Counted from the stretch's first letter, positions 1 to 10,492 are shown. The stretch is DNA of 64,000 nucleotides from Acidobacteriota bacterium (GCA_029263415.1 JAJCXN010000058.1:51724-115723); one strand, 5' to 3'. The notes: generated by a model from the letters alone, not told the origin. Numbers and translations: made by a program.

Positions 1-1052
1 ACTACGCGCCGTCGATCGAGCGCGTCCCGCCTCTACTCCTCGAGGTGAAGCCCACGGTCTTGTGCTCGGTGCCGCGCTTGTACGAACGCGCCTACTTGAA
101 GGTGTCTTCAAACATTCTCAAGGAGTCGCCAGGCAAGCAGAAGATCTTTCGGTGGGCGATCCGCGTCGGTAAACGTTACGCCGTCGCCAGCCTCGATCGA
201 TTCATCGGGCCTTGGCTGGCGATCCAAAGACGGATCGCGGACCGCTTGGTCTACCAGAAGATCACCGAGCGCTTCGGCGGGCGGCTCCGGTTCGCCATCG
301 CCGGCGGAGCGCCTCTTGGCGACGCGGTAGCCGAGTTCTTTGACGCGGTCGGCCTCGCGCTGTACCAGGGCTATGGCCTCACCGAGACGGCGCCAGTACT
401 CGCGGTCAACTGCGCCGGCGCCAGCCGGCGCGGCTCGGTGGGCAAGTCGCCACCAGGAATCACTCTTGCAATTGCTGACGACGGAGAGATCCTGGCCAAG
501 ACACCCGGAATCATGCGTGGCTACTGGGAGAATCCCGAGGCCAGTGCCGAAGTGATCGACAACGACGGCTGGTTTCACACTGGAGACATTGGCGAGATCG
601 ATCAAGACGGCTTCGTCTATATTACTGACCGCAAGAAGGATCTGCTGATCACTAGCGGCGGCAAGAACGTGGCGCCACAGCCGATCGAGCAACACCTCAC
701 CTCGCAGCCGCTGATCTCGCAGGCGGTTGTCTTCGGTGATCGCTACCCCTATTTGACGGCTCTGATTGTTCCTCAGCTGGAGGATCTACCGGATTCGCTG
801 GCTAAGCTTTCGCCAGCCGAGTTGGTCACCAACGAGACGCTGCTCGCGGACGTGCAGGAGGTCGTCAAAGGTGTCAACAGCCGACTGGCACCGCACGAGC
901 ACATCCGCAAGTTCAAACTGCTCGGGCGCGAATTCACGATCGAAGGTGGGGAGATTACTCCGACACTCAAGGTACGCCGAAAGATTGTTGCCGAAAAGCA
1001 CGCGGAGCTGATCGCGTCGATGTATCTGAAGACTCAGCGAATCGCCGAGTGA
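1..1052 (+). CDS. Long-chain fatty-acid--CoA ligase (AMP-dependent synthetase), C-terminal part; the 5' end lies upstream of the window
   Basis: The frame is open from base 3 to the stop at 1050-1052. The translation carries AMP-binding C-terminal motifs (YRGYWENPEAT-like, GWFHTGDIGEIDQDGF, ITDRKKDLLITSGGKN). Confidence 0.8.
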   Translation, partial: YAPSIERVPPLLLEVKPTVLCSVPRLYERAYLKVSSNILKESPGKQKIFRWAIRVGKRYAVASLDRFIGPWLAIQRRIADRLVYQKITERFGGRLRFAIAGGAPLGDAVAEFFDAVGLALYQGYGLTETAPVLAVNCAGASRRGSVGKSPPGITLAIADDGEILAKTPGIMRGYWENPEASAEVIDNDGWFHTGDIGEIDQDGFVYITDRKKDLLITSGGKNVAPQPIEQHLTSQPLISQAVVFGDRYPYLTALIVPQLEDLPDSLAKLSPAELVTNETLLADVQEVVKGVNSRLAPHEHIRKFKLLGREFTIEGGEITPTLKVRRKIVAEKHAELIASMYLKTQRIAE

Positions 1053-1102
1053 CCGAGGCTCCCGCGTCGGGACAGTCCAACCCAAACTCGAAAGGCCCGA
1101 AT

Positions 1103-1609
1103 ATGACTGCCTCGCCCCGGACTGCGTCGCCTCTGACTGCATCTCGAACCGCACGCACCGTGCAGTGGATCGTTGTGGCCCTGGTTCTCTGGGTCGCTAC
1201 AGTCGGCGCATTCGCTGGTGCCGGCAAGACGCAGAGCCGACCTGCGGAACAGCCCACCCCCACTGAAGAGCCGTGGGTCGAAGGCAAGAAGGGCCTCAAG
1301 ATCCGAGACTTGGTGGTCGGTACCGGCTCCGAGGCCAAGCGCGGCAAGCGCGCGTCGGTGCGCTACGCCGGCTGGCTTGAAGACGGCACTCTGTTCGACA
1401 CCAATCGATCCAAGGATCTTTTGGTCTTCGAAGTCGGCGCCGGAAGGGTAGTCAAAGGCTGGGACCTTGGCGTGGTTGGCATGAAGGTTGGCGGCACCCG
1501 CCAACTGTTGATCCCAGCCAAGCTTGCCTACGGCAAGCGCGGCGTTCCCGGCCGCATTCCACCCGACGCGGCCTTGCTCTTCGAGATCAGTCTGCGCGGC
1601 GCGTCCTAG
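1103..1609 (+). CDS. FKBP-type peptidyl-prolyl cis-trans isomerase with an N-terminal signal/TM segment
   Basis: An FKBP domain is present (VRYAGWLEDGTLFDTN...VVKGWDLGVVGMKVGGTRQLLIP...LLFEISL). ATG 1103 follows AAAGG. The listed ORF starts at GTG 1049, which overlaps the upstream stop. Confidence 0.85.
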   Translation: MTASPRTASPLTASRTARTVQWIVVALVLWVATVGAFAGAGKTQSRPAEQPTPTEEPWVEGKKGLKIRDLVVGTGSEAKRGKRASVRYAGWLEDGTLFDTNRSKDLLVFEVGAGRVVKGWDLGVVGMKVGGTRQLLIPAKLAYGKRGVPGRIPPDAALLFEISLRGAS

Positions 1610-1758
1610 CCCAGTTAGGTCAGCCATCGGGGTGGCTCGGCGCCTCCACTCGACGCGGGACCGTGAACCCGGCGACGACGTCGCACAGCAACGCCCTCGT
1701 CCGGGCGGAGCCCTCTATGGCACAGTTGCCATACAGCTATGAAACTTGTACACTAGCC

Positions 1759-2460
1759 ATGGCTCGCCAAACGGTAAGCCCGCAACCGCGCTTCAAGGAG
1801 CTCACCGCCATGGCGCTCGACAACGTTCTACTCGGCCTGCTCAAAGAGCCACAAAGTGGCTACAGCCTCAAGCAATCCTTCGACCTGGTCTTCAGCCACT
1901 TCTGGGCCGCCGAGATCAGCCAGATCTACCGGAACCTGAAAGGCCTGGAACAACGGGGGCTGCTCAAAAGCTGGGAAGAGGCGTCGAACCGGGGGCCTGT
2001 TCGTCGTATGTATCAGCGAACAAGCGCAGGCCTTGAACATCTTCGTGACTGGCTCAGAGCTGGGCCTGACTTCGCGAATCGACGTGTTCCTTATGTCGCG
2101 CAGACCTGCTTCCTCCACGAACTCAGCAGCGAGTCGGAGCTCCTCGCCTTCTTCGAGCGCGTCCGCGAGCACTTTGCTGCCCGCCTACAAATGCTACGGG
2201 ACATCGACGCCGACGTGCGCGCCGAGCACGCGCGACACTTCCCAGACGGCCTGCCTCTGGACGAAATCTGCGCCCACCTGACCGTTAACCACGGCCTGTA
2301 CCGCGCCAAAGCGCTGCTCGACTGGAGTGAAGAGACACTGGAAGTGCTCAAGGAGCGGCAGCGTTCGAGCCGCGACAGCGCGCTCAGCAAGCCGCTGCCA
2401 CTTCCCTCCTTCTTGCGTGCCGAGCTAGATCTTGCAACCCCTGAGGGAGAACCGTCATGA
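1759..2460 (+). CDS. PadR-family transcriptional regulator (long form)
   Basis: A winged-helix PadR core is present (LDNVLLGLLKEPQSGYSLKQ...IYRNLKGLEQRGLL...RRMYQRT). Several in-frame starts exist; 1759 or 1810 is most plausible. Confidence 0.7.
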   Translation: MARQTVSPQPRFKELTAMALDNVLLGLLKEPQSGYSLKQSFDLVFSHFWAAEISQIYRNLKGLEQRGLLKSWEEASNRGPVRRMYQRTSAGLEHLRDWLRAGPDFANRRVPYVAQTCFLHELSSESELLAFFERVREHFAARLQMLRDIDADVRAEHARHFPDGLPLDEICAHLTVNHGLYRAKALLDWSEETLEVLKERQRSSRDSALSKPLPLPSFLRAELDLATPEGEPS

Positions 2461-3158
2461 CCGAACCCGAGCTCTACCATCTTTTCCGCAACTGTCACAT
2501 GGTGGCTGGAGCCGCTGCGCTCATCATGTTCTGGGCCCAGATCGCGAGACGCAAGGGAGGGAGCTCCCACATCCGGTGGGGCTGGGCCTACAACATCTCA
2601 ATGATCGGGGTGTTGGCAACCGCTCTCCCAATGATCGTCATCACCTGGCGCAACGAGCAACCGCAGATCGCCCTCTTCCTTGGCTTCTTGAGCGTGATCA
2701 CGCTAACAGCGGGAACCGAGGGGTTCTTGGCCTCCCGCAATCGGCAATCGGGAGCCTGGGTTTCGGGCCCGCTCATGACCAGCGTCACGATGCTGATCGC
2801 CGCTTATTCGGTCCTGCTCATCGTGCTGTTCTTTCAAACGGGAGCGTTCATCCTGCTGGTGATGGCGGGAGTTGGTTTGCACGCGACGTTCGACCACTTC
2901 CGCAAACTCCGTAGCGGCAAGCCCTACTCTTGGATCGGGTCGCATATCAACGGCATGCTCGGGACTGGCATCGCTGTTCACATCGCGTTTCTAGCCTTCG
3001 GGCTACGCAACATTGTTGAGGGCGGTGGCGCCTTCACCATCTTTGCGTTCGTCGCCCCGTTGATCGGCTTTCAGTTTCTCGGCGCGTACTTTCACCGCCG
3101 CTTTCCACGACGCAGCGAGACGACCTCGAGCGTCGCGCTCGAAGAAGTCGCCGGCTAG
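2457..3158 (+). CDS. Integral membrane protein, probably co-transcribed with the PadR regulator
   Basis: There are 5-6 hydrophobic helices. The ATGA start/stop overlap with the PadR gene suggests translational coupling. Confidence 0.6.
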   Translation: MTEPELYHLFRNCHMVAGAAALIMFWAQIARRKGGSSHIRWGWAYNISMIGVLATALPMIVITWRNEQPQIALFLGFLSVITLTAGTEGFLASRNRQSGAWVSGPLMTSVTMLIAAYSVLLIVLFFQTGAFILLVMAGVGLHATFDHFRKLRSGKPYSWIGSHINGMLGTGIAVHIAFLAFGLRNIVEGGGAFTIFAFVAPLIGFQFLGAYFHRRFPRRSETTSSVALEEVAG

Positions 3159-3273
3159 GACCGCTCGCTGAACGAGTCCCGCGGTTGCTCGCGCGGGACC
3201 TGTGGTTTCGGGCAAGGAGTCGCCGACGCGGGCAACGCCCCCAAGCGCACGGAGCGCACGGGAGCCACAGGCC

Positions 3274-5145
3274 CTAGCCGTCGATCAGTTCCGCCAACTG
3301 GTCGATCCGTTCTTCAGCGATGGCGAAGCCGCCTCGCCAAAAGTCACGATCGCTCATGTCGACACCCACTTCTTCCAGAATGCGGCGGGGCCGCTCGGAG
3401 CCGCCATGCGCGAGCAAGCGCAGATAGCCTGGCTTGAAGGAATCGCCCTCTTCTCTGAATCGCCGGTAGAGCGCCAAGACCAGGAGCTGACCAAAACTGT
3501 AGGCGTAGCAATAGAAGGGCATCGCGTAGATGTGCGGGATTGCCATCCACTCTTCAGCAAAGATTTCGGGTACATCTACCGCGTCGCCAAACTGCAGCGT
3601 CAGGTTCTCTCGGTATATCTTGGTCAAATCGGGGATCGACGCACCAGCTGCGACCGCGTCGTGAGCAGCTCTCTCAAAGCGAACAAAGAAGGCCTGGCGC
3701 ATCACCGTTGCGTAGATATCGTCGATCGAAGACGCTAAGAGCTCCATGCGTGCTCGAGGCTCTTCGCACTCACCGATCAGTCGCTCGCTAACCAGGATCT
3801 CGCTGAAAACCGACGCCGTCTCGGCCAACGGCAAACACGGGTGCTGAGTGAGGATCGAGTGCTTCTCGGCCATCATGCTGTGCACCGCATGCCCGAGCTC
3901 GTGAGCGAGAGTGGCTACGTCGCGCAACTTGCCTGAATAGTTCAACAAGACCCAAGGCGTCTGACTGGGCAGCAGGGTGGCACAGAACGCACCGCCCTTC
4001 TTGCCGGGTCTCGGCAACGCGTCAATGTGGTCATCGGTGAATACCCGCAGTGCCTGCTGGCCGAAGCCCTCGTCGAATCTTGAAAAGGTCTGCAGGACGA
4101 GCTCAGCCGCGTCTGAGTACTCAACCCGATCGGCGACTACCGGCGGGCCTTCGCCCTGAGGAAGAATTGGTGCATATAGGTCATAGCGAGACAAGCGCTC
4201 CTGACCTAGTGCCTTGGCCTTCAGCCGGAAGTACCGATGAAAGACCCCTGCCTTCTCTGCAACCACGTCGAGTAAGGCGTCGACCGCGCCGTCTGGAACG
4301 TCGTTGGCCACGTTTCGAACGGAGATGGGCGATTCAAAGCCACGCAACTCAACGTTTTCGTTACTCCAATCGCGCAGTCGATGGACATACATCTGGCCAA
4401 GGACCTGAGAGTGCTCGTTGTATTTCAGCATCAGCGCGTCGTAGGCGCTGCGTCGATGAGAAGGATTGGGCGAGAAGGCGTACGCCATCAACTGGTCACG
4501 CGTCATCGTTGATGGTTCGACACCTTCGATGTCTGCGGTGTAGGTGAACCCATTCGTCAGAATCGAATAGAGGCCAACCACAGCGCCGACGCCGTCGGTG
4601 TCTTTGGTGTTGATCAGTTTCTCGGACTCTTCTGTCAGCCGGTAGCGCGCCTCGCGACGCCACTGGTGCAGTTGGAAGACATAGTCGGCAATGGAGTCGC
4701 CCTCGGTGGTCGCCACCTCGTTGAGCAACCCTTGAGCGCCGGCATCGTCGAGCTGTTGCCACCAGAGCTCGAAGAACAGCAACCGGTTCTGGCACCGCGA
4801 CAACATTGCCTCGGCCTGGTTGCTCTGCGCAAGGGCTTCGGGGGACTGTGTGTCTGCAGAAAACTGTAGCGACACAAACCCACCAAGGCGGGTCGCTGCC
4901 TCAAGCAGTGCTTCATACTCGCTCAACAGCTCCACCAACTGGCAACCATCGCATTCGTCGAGCGCCGCGCGATGAGCAGAGAAGTCTTGGCTTGCTCGAT
5001 CGAACGCTTTCAAGCCCCGCTCGAGAGAATCTTGAATGGGCTCCGAGATCAACTCGTTGAGCGACCATTCGCGGGCTTCGAAAAGCCGTTCAGGGGCCAG
5101 GCCCGTGGCTGGAATCAAGTCGGTTTTGTGGTCGGACACAGTCAT
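3274..5145 (-). CDS. pepF: Oligoendopeptidase F (M3 family metallopeptidase)
   Basis: The 623-aa product carries a HEXXH zinc motif (HELGHAVHSM) and M3B-like architecture. Confidence 0.85.
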   Translation of the reverse strand: MTVSDHKTDLIPATGLAPERLFEAREWSLNELISEPIQDSLERGLKAFDRASQDFSAHRAALDECDGCQLVELLSEYEALLEAATRLGGFVSLQFSADTQSPEALAQSNQAEAMLSRCQNRLLFFELWWQQLDDAGAQGLLNEVATTEGDSIADYVFQLHQWRREARYRLTEESEKLINTKDTDGVGAVVGLYSILTNGFTYTADIEGVEPSTMTRDQLMAYAFSPNPSHRRSAYDALMLKYNEHSQVLGQMYVHRLRDWSNENVELRGFESPISVRNVANDVPDGAVDALLDVVAEKAGVFHRYFRLKAKALGQERLSRYDLYAPILPQGEGPPVVADRVEYSDAAELVLQTFSRFDEGFGQQALRVFTDDHIDALPRPGKKGGAFCATLLPSQTPWVLLNYSGKLRDVATLAHELGHAVHSMMAEKHSILTQHPCLPLAETASVFSEILVSERLIGECEEPRARMELLASSIDDIYATVMRQAFFVRFERAAHDAVAAGASIPDLTKIYRENLTLQFGDAVDVPEIFAEEWMAIPHIYAMPFYCYAYSFGQLLVLALYRRFREEGDSFKPGYLRLLAHGGSERPRRILEEVGVDMSDRDFWRGGFAIAEERIDQLAELIDG

Positions 5146-5149
5146 CGGG

Positions 5150-5464
5150 CTAGTTCACTTCCCCGCTCGGATCCGGGGCTTCTTTGACCGGGCCGTGCGC
5201 GGCCTCGTAGCGCTGAAGGTTGACCTGCAAAGCCTGGACAATCCGTTTGACGTGACCCGGGCTGGTGACCACGCGTGACGTCACGATTCCCTGCGGCGGC
5301 GCCATGTTGATGAAGTCCAAAATGAACTCTTCGCTGGTGTGGGTGATGCGCAGCAGGTTTGCGTAGTTGCCGCGCAGCTCCTTATCCTCGATCTTGATGT
5401 TGACGCTCTGTGCGGTGTCCCCTGAAGGGTTGGCTCCAGAGTCAGAATGCTGTTCGTCGCTCAT
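5150..5464 (-). CDS. DUF3467-family small protein
   Basis: A conserved core (NYANLLRITHTSEEFILDFINMAP) is present. A GGGAGGA ribosome-binding site precedes ATG 5464. Confidence 0.6.
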   Translation of the reverse strand: MSDEQHSDSGANPSGDTAQSVNIKIEDKELRGNYANLLRITHTSEEFILDFINMAPPQGIVTSRVVTSPGHVKRIVQALQVNLQRYEAAHGPVKEAPDPSGEVN

Positions 5465-5502
5465 TGAAAAGTGTCCTCCCGAAAAATAGTGCGGCCTTAA
5501 GC

Positions 5503-6861
5503 CTATGCCTTGTCTCGCCATTCGACGTCGCCCTCAAACGTCCAAACGTGGTCCGGTCGATAGACCCCGACTCCACCTTCGTCCGATTGCACAACAAAGC
5601 TCAACACCCGTCTGCGGTAGTCGTACGCGACGCCATCGCGCGAATGGACCGCCAAGTCAACTTCGTACTCTCCAGCGGCGAGCCGGAGGTCGCGGCAGGC
5701 TATCCGCACCGTCGCTCGATTCCCTAGTCGCAGCGGCTCGAATCCAGCGATATCTGTGTTGGTTCCCCAACACTCGACTCCACGCGGCGTCGAGATGGCG
5801 ACCCCAAATGCGAAGTCGTCGAGCGCTTCGGCAGTCTCGATCTCGAGTTCGATCTCGAGGTCGCCACCGCTCCTGAGCAAGTAGCTCTCAACGCCATCAA
5901 CCAGCATGCGGGTGCGATGGATGTGCGCCAACCCAGAGCCCCAACGATCAGTGTTCTCTGTGGTCGCGTCGGCGCCGGCCACGGCTTCACCCGCAGGCTC
6001 CTGCTCAGCTGACGTGGCATTCTCTTCATTCTGTTGGTGCTGGTCGAGACGCTCTCGGGCCTCATCAGCGGCGACTGCTTGCCGGTAAGCATCGATCACC
6101 TTGCGAGGTTCGCCGAGGGCGCGCGGAACTCCGCGATCGAGCCACAGCACTCGATCGCACAGCTTTTCCACCAGATCCAGACTGTGGCTCACGAACAGCA
6201 ACGTGCCACCGTCGTGCAAATGCTGCTCTATCCGGTGAATACACTTGTGCGCGAACGCTTCATCCCCTACCGCCAACACCTCATCAACCAGCAAGACCTG
6301 CGGGTCGGTGTGAACAGCCACCGCAAATCCAAGCCGCACGTACATCCCTGAAGAGTAATTCTTGACCGGCTCGTCGATGAACTCGTCGAGGCCCGAGAAC
6401 GCCACGATGTTATCGAGCCTCGCTTCAATCTCGCGGCGCTTGAGACCCAGCACCGCACCGTTGATGAAGATGTTCTCGAGGCCGGAGATCTCGGGATGAA
6501 AGCCCGCGCCGAGTTCGATCAACGGAGCCACGCGTCCATTGACCTCGATCGACCCGCGCGTTGGCTTCATCAAACGAGCGATCAGCTTCAACAATGTGGA
6601 CTTACCGGACCCGTTTCCACCGATTACGCCGAACGCTTCGCCGCGCTTGACTTCAAAACTCACATCTTGGACTGCCGGGATTAGATCCTCTGCACCAAGA
6701 CCCTCGGTCAGCGAGCGCTGGAGTAACGCGCTCTTAAGTGTACGGAACTGAAAGCCAGCCCTGCTGCGTCGGTACTGCTTGAACACACGATCGACCCGGA
6801 TCGCCACATTCAGCGCACCTTTGTCGTGCTCGCCTTGAAGCACGCTAATCGCCTCCGTCAT
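5503..6861 (-). CDS. ABC transporter ATP-binding protein, Wzt/TagH-like (polysaccharide export), with a C-terminal extension
   Basis: Walker A (GGNGSGKST), signature and Walker B motifs are present. The start at 6861 overlaps the permease stop (ATGA). A C-terminal domain of about 200 aa follows the nucleotide-binding domain, as in O-antigen Wzt proteins. Confidence 0.85.
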   Translation of the reverse strand: MTEAISVLQGEHDKGALNVAIRVDRVFKQYRRSRAGFQFRTLKSALLQRSLTEGLGAEDLIPAVQDVSFEVKRGEAFGVIGGNGSGKSTLLKLIARLMKPTRGSIEVNGRVAPLIELGAGFHPEISGLENIFINGAVLGLKRREIEARLDNIVAFSGLDEFIDEPVKNYSSGMYVRLGFAVAVHTDPQVLLVDEVLAVGDEAFAHKCIHRIEQHLHDGGTLLFVSHSLDLVEKLCDRVLWLDRGVPRALGEPRKVIDAYRQAVAADEARERLDQHQQNEENATSAEQEPAGEAVAGADATTENTDRWGSGLAHIHRTRMLVDGVESYLLRSGGDLEIELEIETAEALDDFAFGVAISTPRGVECWGTNTDIAGFEPLRLGNRATVRIACRDLRLAAGEYEVDLAVHSRDGVAYDYRRRVLSFVVQSDEGGVGVYRPDHVWTFEGDVEWRDKA

Positions 6862-7703
6862 GCTGCCTCCGCGAGGGTGTCCTCGAGGCGACGGAAAAGC
6901 CACAGCCCGATCACCATGGCTGCAATTGCGTAGGCCACCATTTGCGCGGTCACATGCCACGCCGGAAAGCGTGCTTCGAGCAGCAGGCTTTGATAGCCCA
7001 GCACGAACGGCGTCATTGGGTTGAGGCGGATCACCGCGCGCAAGGTGTCCCAAGCCGCGCCACTCTTGTCCTCGAACAGCCACAGCGGGTAAATGATCGG
7101 CGCCAAGAAGAACAAGAGCTGCAACACATTGGCCAGCAGGTCTCGAACATCCTTGAAATGCACGTTCAGCGCCGAGAGACCGAGTCCAAGCCCAACGCAC
7201 ATCAAGAGCTGAAGGCCGACGACCAACACTACGAAGATCGACTCCCAGCCGAGGACCGACTGGCCGTTGAAACGGCCGATTGCCATCGCGCCCACCAGGA
7301 TCGGCAGTGCCAAAAGAAAGTGGGTGAAGTTTGACAGTGCGGTGACCGTTGGCAGAACGTTGGCTGGAAACACGGCCTTGCGCAACAGGCCGCCATTGAC
7401 CGACAGGGCCATGGTCGACTCAAGCACCGAGGTTTGAAACCAAACCCAGGGGAACAAACCAGCCACTAGGTAGAGCGGGTAGGACACAGCGCTCTGGCCA
7501 TCATCACCATCCGGCATGAAGCGCCCCCCGCCGTCCAGGACCCACCCAAACACCACCGAGTACACCGTCAACAGGAGCAGCGGGTTGATCAACGACCAGA
7601 AGAAGCCCAGAGCGCTGCCTCGATAGCGTGCTTTGAGCTCGCGGCTGACCAGCGAACCCAGCAGTTCACGAAAGCGCCAGAGGGTTGAAAGAGATGATTC
7701 CAT
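6858..7703 (-). CDS. ABC-2 type transporter permease (Wzm/TagG-like)
   Basis: It has six hydrophobic helices and is translationally coupled to the ATPase gene. Confidence 0.8.
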   Translation of the reverse strand: MESSLSTLWRFRELLGSLVSRELKARYRGSALGFFWSLINPLLLLTVYSVVFGWVLDGGGRFMPDGDDGQSAVSYPLYLVAGLFPWVWFQTSVLESTMALSVNGGLLRKAVFPANVLPTVTALSNFTHFLLALPILVGAMAIGRFNGQSVLGWESIFVVLVVGLQLLMCVGLGLGLSALNVHFKDVRDLLANVLQLLFFLAPIIYPLWLFEDKSGAAWDTLRAVIRLNPMTPFVLGYQSLLLEARFPAWHVTAQMVAYAIAAMVIGLWLFRRLEDTLAEAA

Positions 7704-7852
7704 GCGAGTGGCATCGTAGCGGATTGCCTACTGTTTCAACGCCTTAGCAGCGATCACCATTAGTATCTTGTTACGCCGCCGGTCGCGCGAAGCGCACCGA
7801 GACGACACTACGGCCGGCACGTGATTAGCCGCAAAGGGCCCCAAACAGATCC

Positions 7853-8167
7853 ATGAGCAACAGCGAAGCAAAGACCCTGACCATCCGTTGTCCGGAGTGC
7901 CGGACCAACATGGTCATCGATGCCGCAACGGGAGCCGTGCTCCGCCACGAGGCCGCGGCGCGCAAGAGCGGCAAAGAAGCCGACTTCGACAGTTTGTTCG
8001 CAGCCGTCGAAACCGATCGCGAGCGCGCCGAGGCCGTCTTCGAACAAGAACAGGCGGCCTACGCCGATCGCGATCGCCTACTCGAGCGAAAGTTCGAGGA
8101 CGCGCTTGAACGAGTGGACGCTGCCGACGACGGCAAGCCACCTCCGAGCCCTTTCGATCTTGACTGA
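7853..8167 (+). CDS. Zinc-ribbon domain protein (MJ0042-type), hypothetical
   Basis: The N-terminus carries CPECRT...(zinc ribbon). The tail is charged. Confidence 0.5.
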   Translation: MSNSEAKTLTIRCPECRTNMVIDAATGAVLRHEAAARKSGKEADFDSLFAAVETDRERAEAVFEQEQAAYADRDRLLERKFEDALERVDAADDGKPPPSPFDLD

Positions 8168-8206
8168 CGGAACCCCCCTTCGTCGAATGGCGCGTCGCCA
8201 ACGCGA

Positions 8207-10492
8207 TCACAACCTGAACAGCTGTACCTGGCCCTTGAGCCGCGCTCGAGAGCCGCTTGACGATTCGCTCCACTCGCCATCGAGGCCGCAGGTCTCGCGA
8301 GCCTCGCTCGGCAAGTCGACGGTCGACGGCCCTGGACTACTCCAGCCGGCGATCACCTCGCCGCCACCAGTGGCAAAGCGCAGCAACCACTGCCCCTCGC
8401 CGGCCGTGCCCACGGGACCCAAGTATTGGCTGCCGCTAAGTTCTCGAACCAGTGTTTGCAACGCAATGAACGACGGTCGCCGTCGCAGCTCCAAGTCTCC
8501 ACTTGGGCCTTCCTGCCAATCCACCAGCCCGTAGCCCTTGGCAATCATTTGCCACCAATACACACGCTCGACCGCGCCCGAAGCGAGCACCGAAAGGTAG
8601 TACCGCGCGAGGTAGGCAGCCTGGTCCTCCTCACTGACAGCAACGTCGCGCCCGGCCGGCGAATGAGGCCCTTCCCACAATGGCCAGTTCACCTCCGTCA
8701 CCCAGTTAAGCGGTTGAGACTCCCCAGGAGGGGTGTGCACGCAAGGCGCAGTGTCGGCAATGGCGCGCAGCGCAGCCCCCTTGCCGGCGGCGTCCAATCC
8801 CATCTGCGGATTCTCTGGCGCTCCGCGACGATCCACATATAGCAGGCTTGCCAGCCCATCGAACCGAGGCGCCGAGGGTGATCGATCGAAAACGTAGCCC
8901 ATCGTCTGGTGGAACTCGAAGTCGATCACGGCAGGTCCGAGCAGCCTGATCTCCGGTCGGACTGCTCTAAGTTCCTCTGCCGCGATCTGAAACAGACGCT
9001 TGTACTCGCTCGGCCTCCACACACCCCACTTGCTGCGATTGACCGCCTGCCCAACTTGAAACGTCTGACCCAAAGGAGCGAACAGCTGAGCGAGCCCCGC
9101 GACCCGACGGCGCCAGAGTTCGGGATCTCGGACCAAGCTGCGATCTTGAGGCAAAGAGAAGGCCAAGTCTGCACCTGAAGCGACAAGAGCCTGAGCAAGT
9201 TCGAGTTCGTCGGTATGCTCTTCTTGCCAAGGGTGCAACCGCAACAACACATGGCGCACCCCGAGATCTTGCACTGCCGTGACCACGGCCCCTGGATCCT
9301 TCGGCCACGGCCGGACACCGACACCAAAACCATCCATCGGCACCTGCTGCGTGCCCAAGCGCTCTCGCGACCTAGCTTGGTACTGCCTCTTAACCTGGGG
9401 GTAGGCGCGCGCTGCGCGGAAAAGAAAACCCACATGCTCCGGCGCATCCACCAAGCGCACGCGCAACTTCTCCCACTTCGAGGCGTGCTGGTGCGGCTGG
9501 TCCGACAGCTGGTCCCAAACGATCTTCTCGCGCGCGCTCGATTCGCTCGTCGCTGGAATGTGGGCGTGCGGCTTGCGACGGGGCAGCACCATGTCAGCCA
9601 GCCGGCGACCGACACCGCGTACGCTACGTTTCGACCGATTGCGGAATAGAAACGCTGCGGCATACGCGTTGCGCAGGGCAGGACCCAGCGACCGAGAAGG
9701 CCCGTTCTCACCGCTCGCAAAGTAGCCACTCCACAGCGCCGGCAGCAACGACTTAGGCACCTCAAGGCGACACAGGTCACGCATACGCTCGGACAGCGTC
9801 AATCGCCTTCTCGTCCGTGCTCGGTTGAGATCAAGCAGCAACAAACCTTCATGGCTTGCAGCTTCGCGCTGCGCTCCGAGCTCAAACGCCAAGGGATCGA
9901 TCAACAGATTCCCACAGGTGAGATCCCGATGCCAGATGCGCCCGTCATGCATTGAGCGCACCATCAAACCAAAAGCTAAGAACACCGCCTCGCAGTCGAG
10001 CGATGGATAGTCGTCGGCTTCAGTTCCAGCACTCAATGAGCGCAGCAGGTAGCGCGATTCCAAGAGTCCCGTCTTATGCTCGGACAAGAAGAATGACGGC
10101 CCGTCTGAGGCCACACTGTCGGCAAACAACACTGGTTCAGGCGTACCAACACCGAGCCCCTGAAGTTCTTGCGCTACACGAAACGACCGCGCAGCCTTAG
10201 TCCCGCGCATCTTGCGCCGCCATTGTGCCTTGAACCCCGCGTTGCGGAACTGCTTAACCACCACCGCCAGCCGTTCACCCTCGACGCCCACACTAGCTGG
10301 CACCTGCCAAGGTGCCGCGTACAAGTAGTTCCGTCCCCAATGGATTGACTCCGTCGCCGACCCTGGATCCGTCACATGCCGCAACAGCGCCTCATCAACC
10401 GGCGAAAAGCCCTCGCCAGCCTCACCCACCAGATCACCAAAGTCGAACGGCACGGGCGAGGGTTGGGCGGCGGTATTCGTTGTCTCTTTCAT
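8207..10492 (-). CDS. Fusion protein: an N-terminal Kdo/LPS-kinase-like (RIO/InaA-type) domain plus a C-terminal TIM-barrel glycoside-hydrolase-like domain
   Basis: The N-terminal part carries a kinase catalytic-loop-like segment (HRDLTCGNLLID...LLLLDLNRA). The C-terminal part carries GH-like segments (RLHPWQEEH..., NWVTEVNWPLWEG, VYWWQM). The protein is 761 aa. Confidence 0.6.
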   Translation of the reverse strand: MKETTNTAAQPSPVPFDFGDLVGEAGEGFSPVDEALLRHVTDPGSATESIHWGRNYLYAAPWQVPASVGVEGERLAVVVKQFRNAGFKAQWRRKMRGTKAARSFRVAQELQGLGVGTPEPVLFADSVASDGPSFFLSEHKTGLLESRYLLRSLSAGTEADDYPSLDCEAVFLAFGLMVRSMHDGRIWHRDLTCGNLLIDPLAFELGAQREAASHEGLLLLDLNRARTRRRLTLSERMRDLCRLEVPKSLLPALWSGYFASGENGPSRSLGPALRNAYAAAFLFRNRSKRSVRGVGRRLADMVLPRRKPHAHIPATSESSAREKIVWDQLSDQPHQHASKWEKLRVRLVDAPEHVGFLFRAARAYPQVKRQYQARSRERLGTQQVPMDGFGVGVRPWPKDPGAVVTAVQDLGVRHVLLRLHPWQEEHTDELELAQALVASGADLAFSLPQDRSLVRDPELWRRRVAGLAQLFAPLGQTFQVGQAVNRSKWGVWRPSEYKRLFQIAAEELRAVRPEIRLLGPAVIDFEFHQTMGYVFDRSPSAPRFDGLASLLYVDRRGAPENPQMGLDAAGKGAALRAIADTAPCVHTPPGESQPLNWVTEVNWPLWEGPHSPAGRDVAVSEEDQAAYLARYYLSVLASGAVERVYWWQMIAKGYGLVDWQEGPSGDLELRRRPSFIALQTLVRELSGSQYLGPVGTAGEGQWLLRFATGGGEVIAGWSSPGPSTVDLPSEARETCGLDGEWSESSSGSRARLKGQVQLFRL

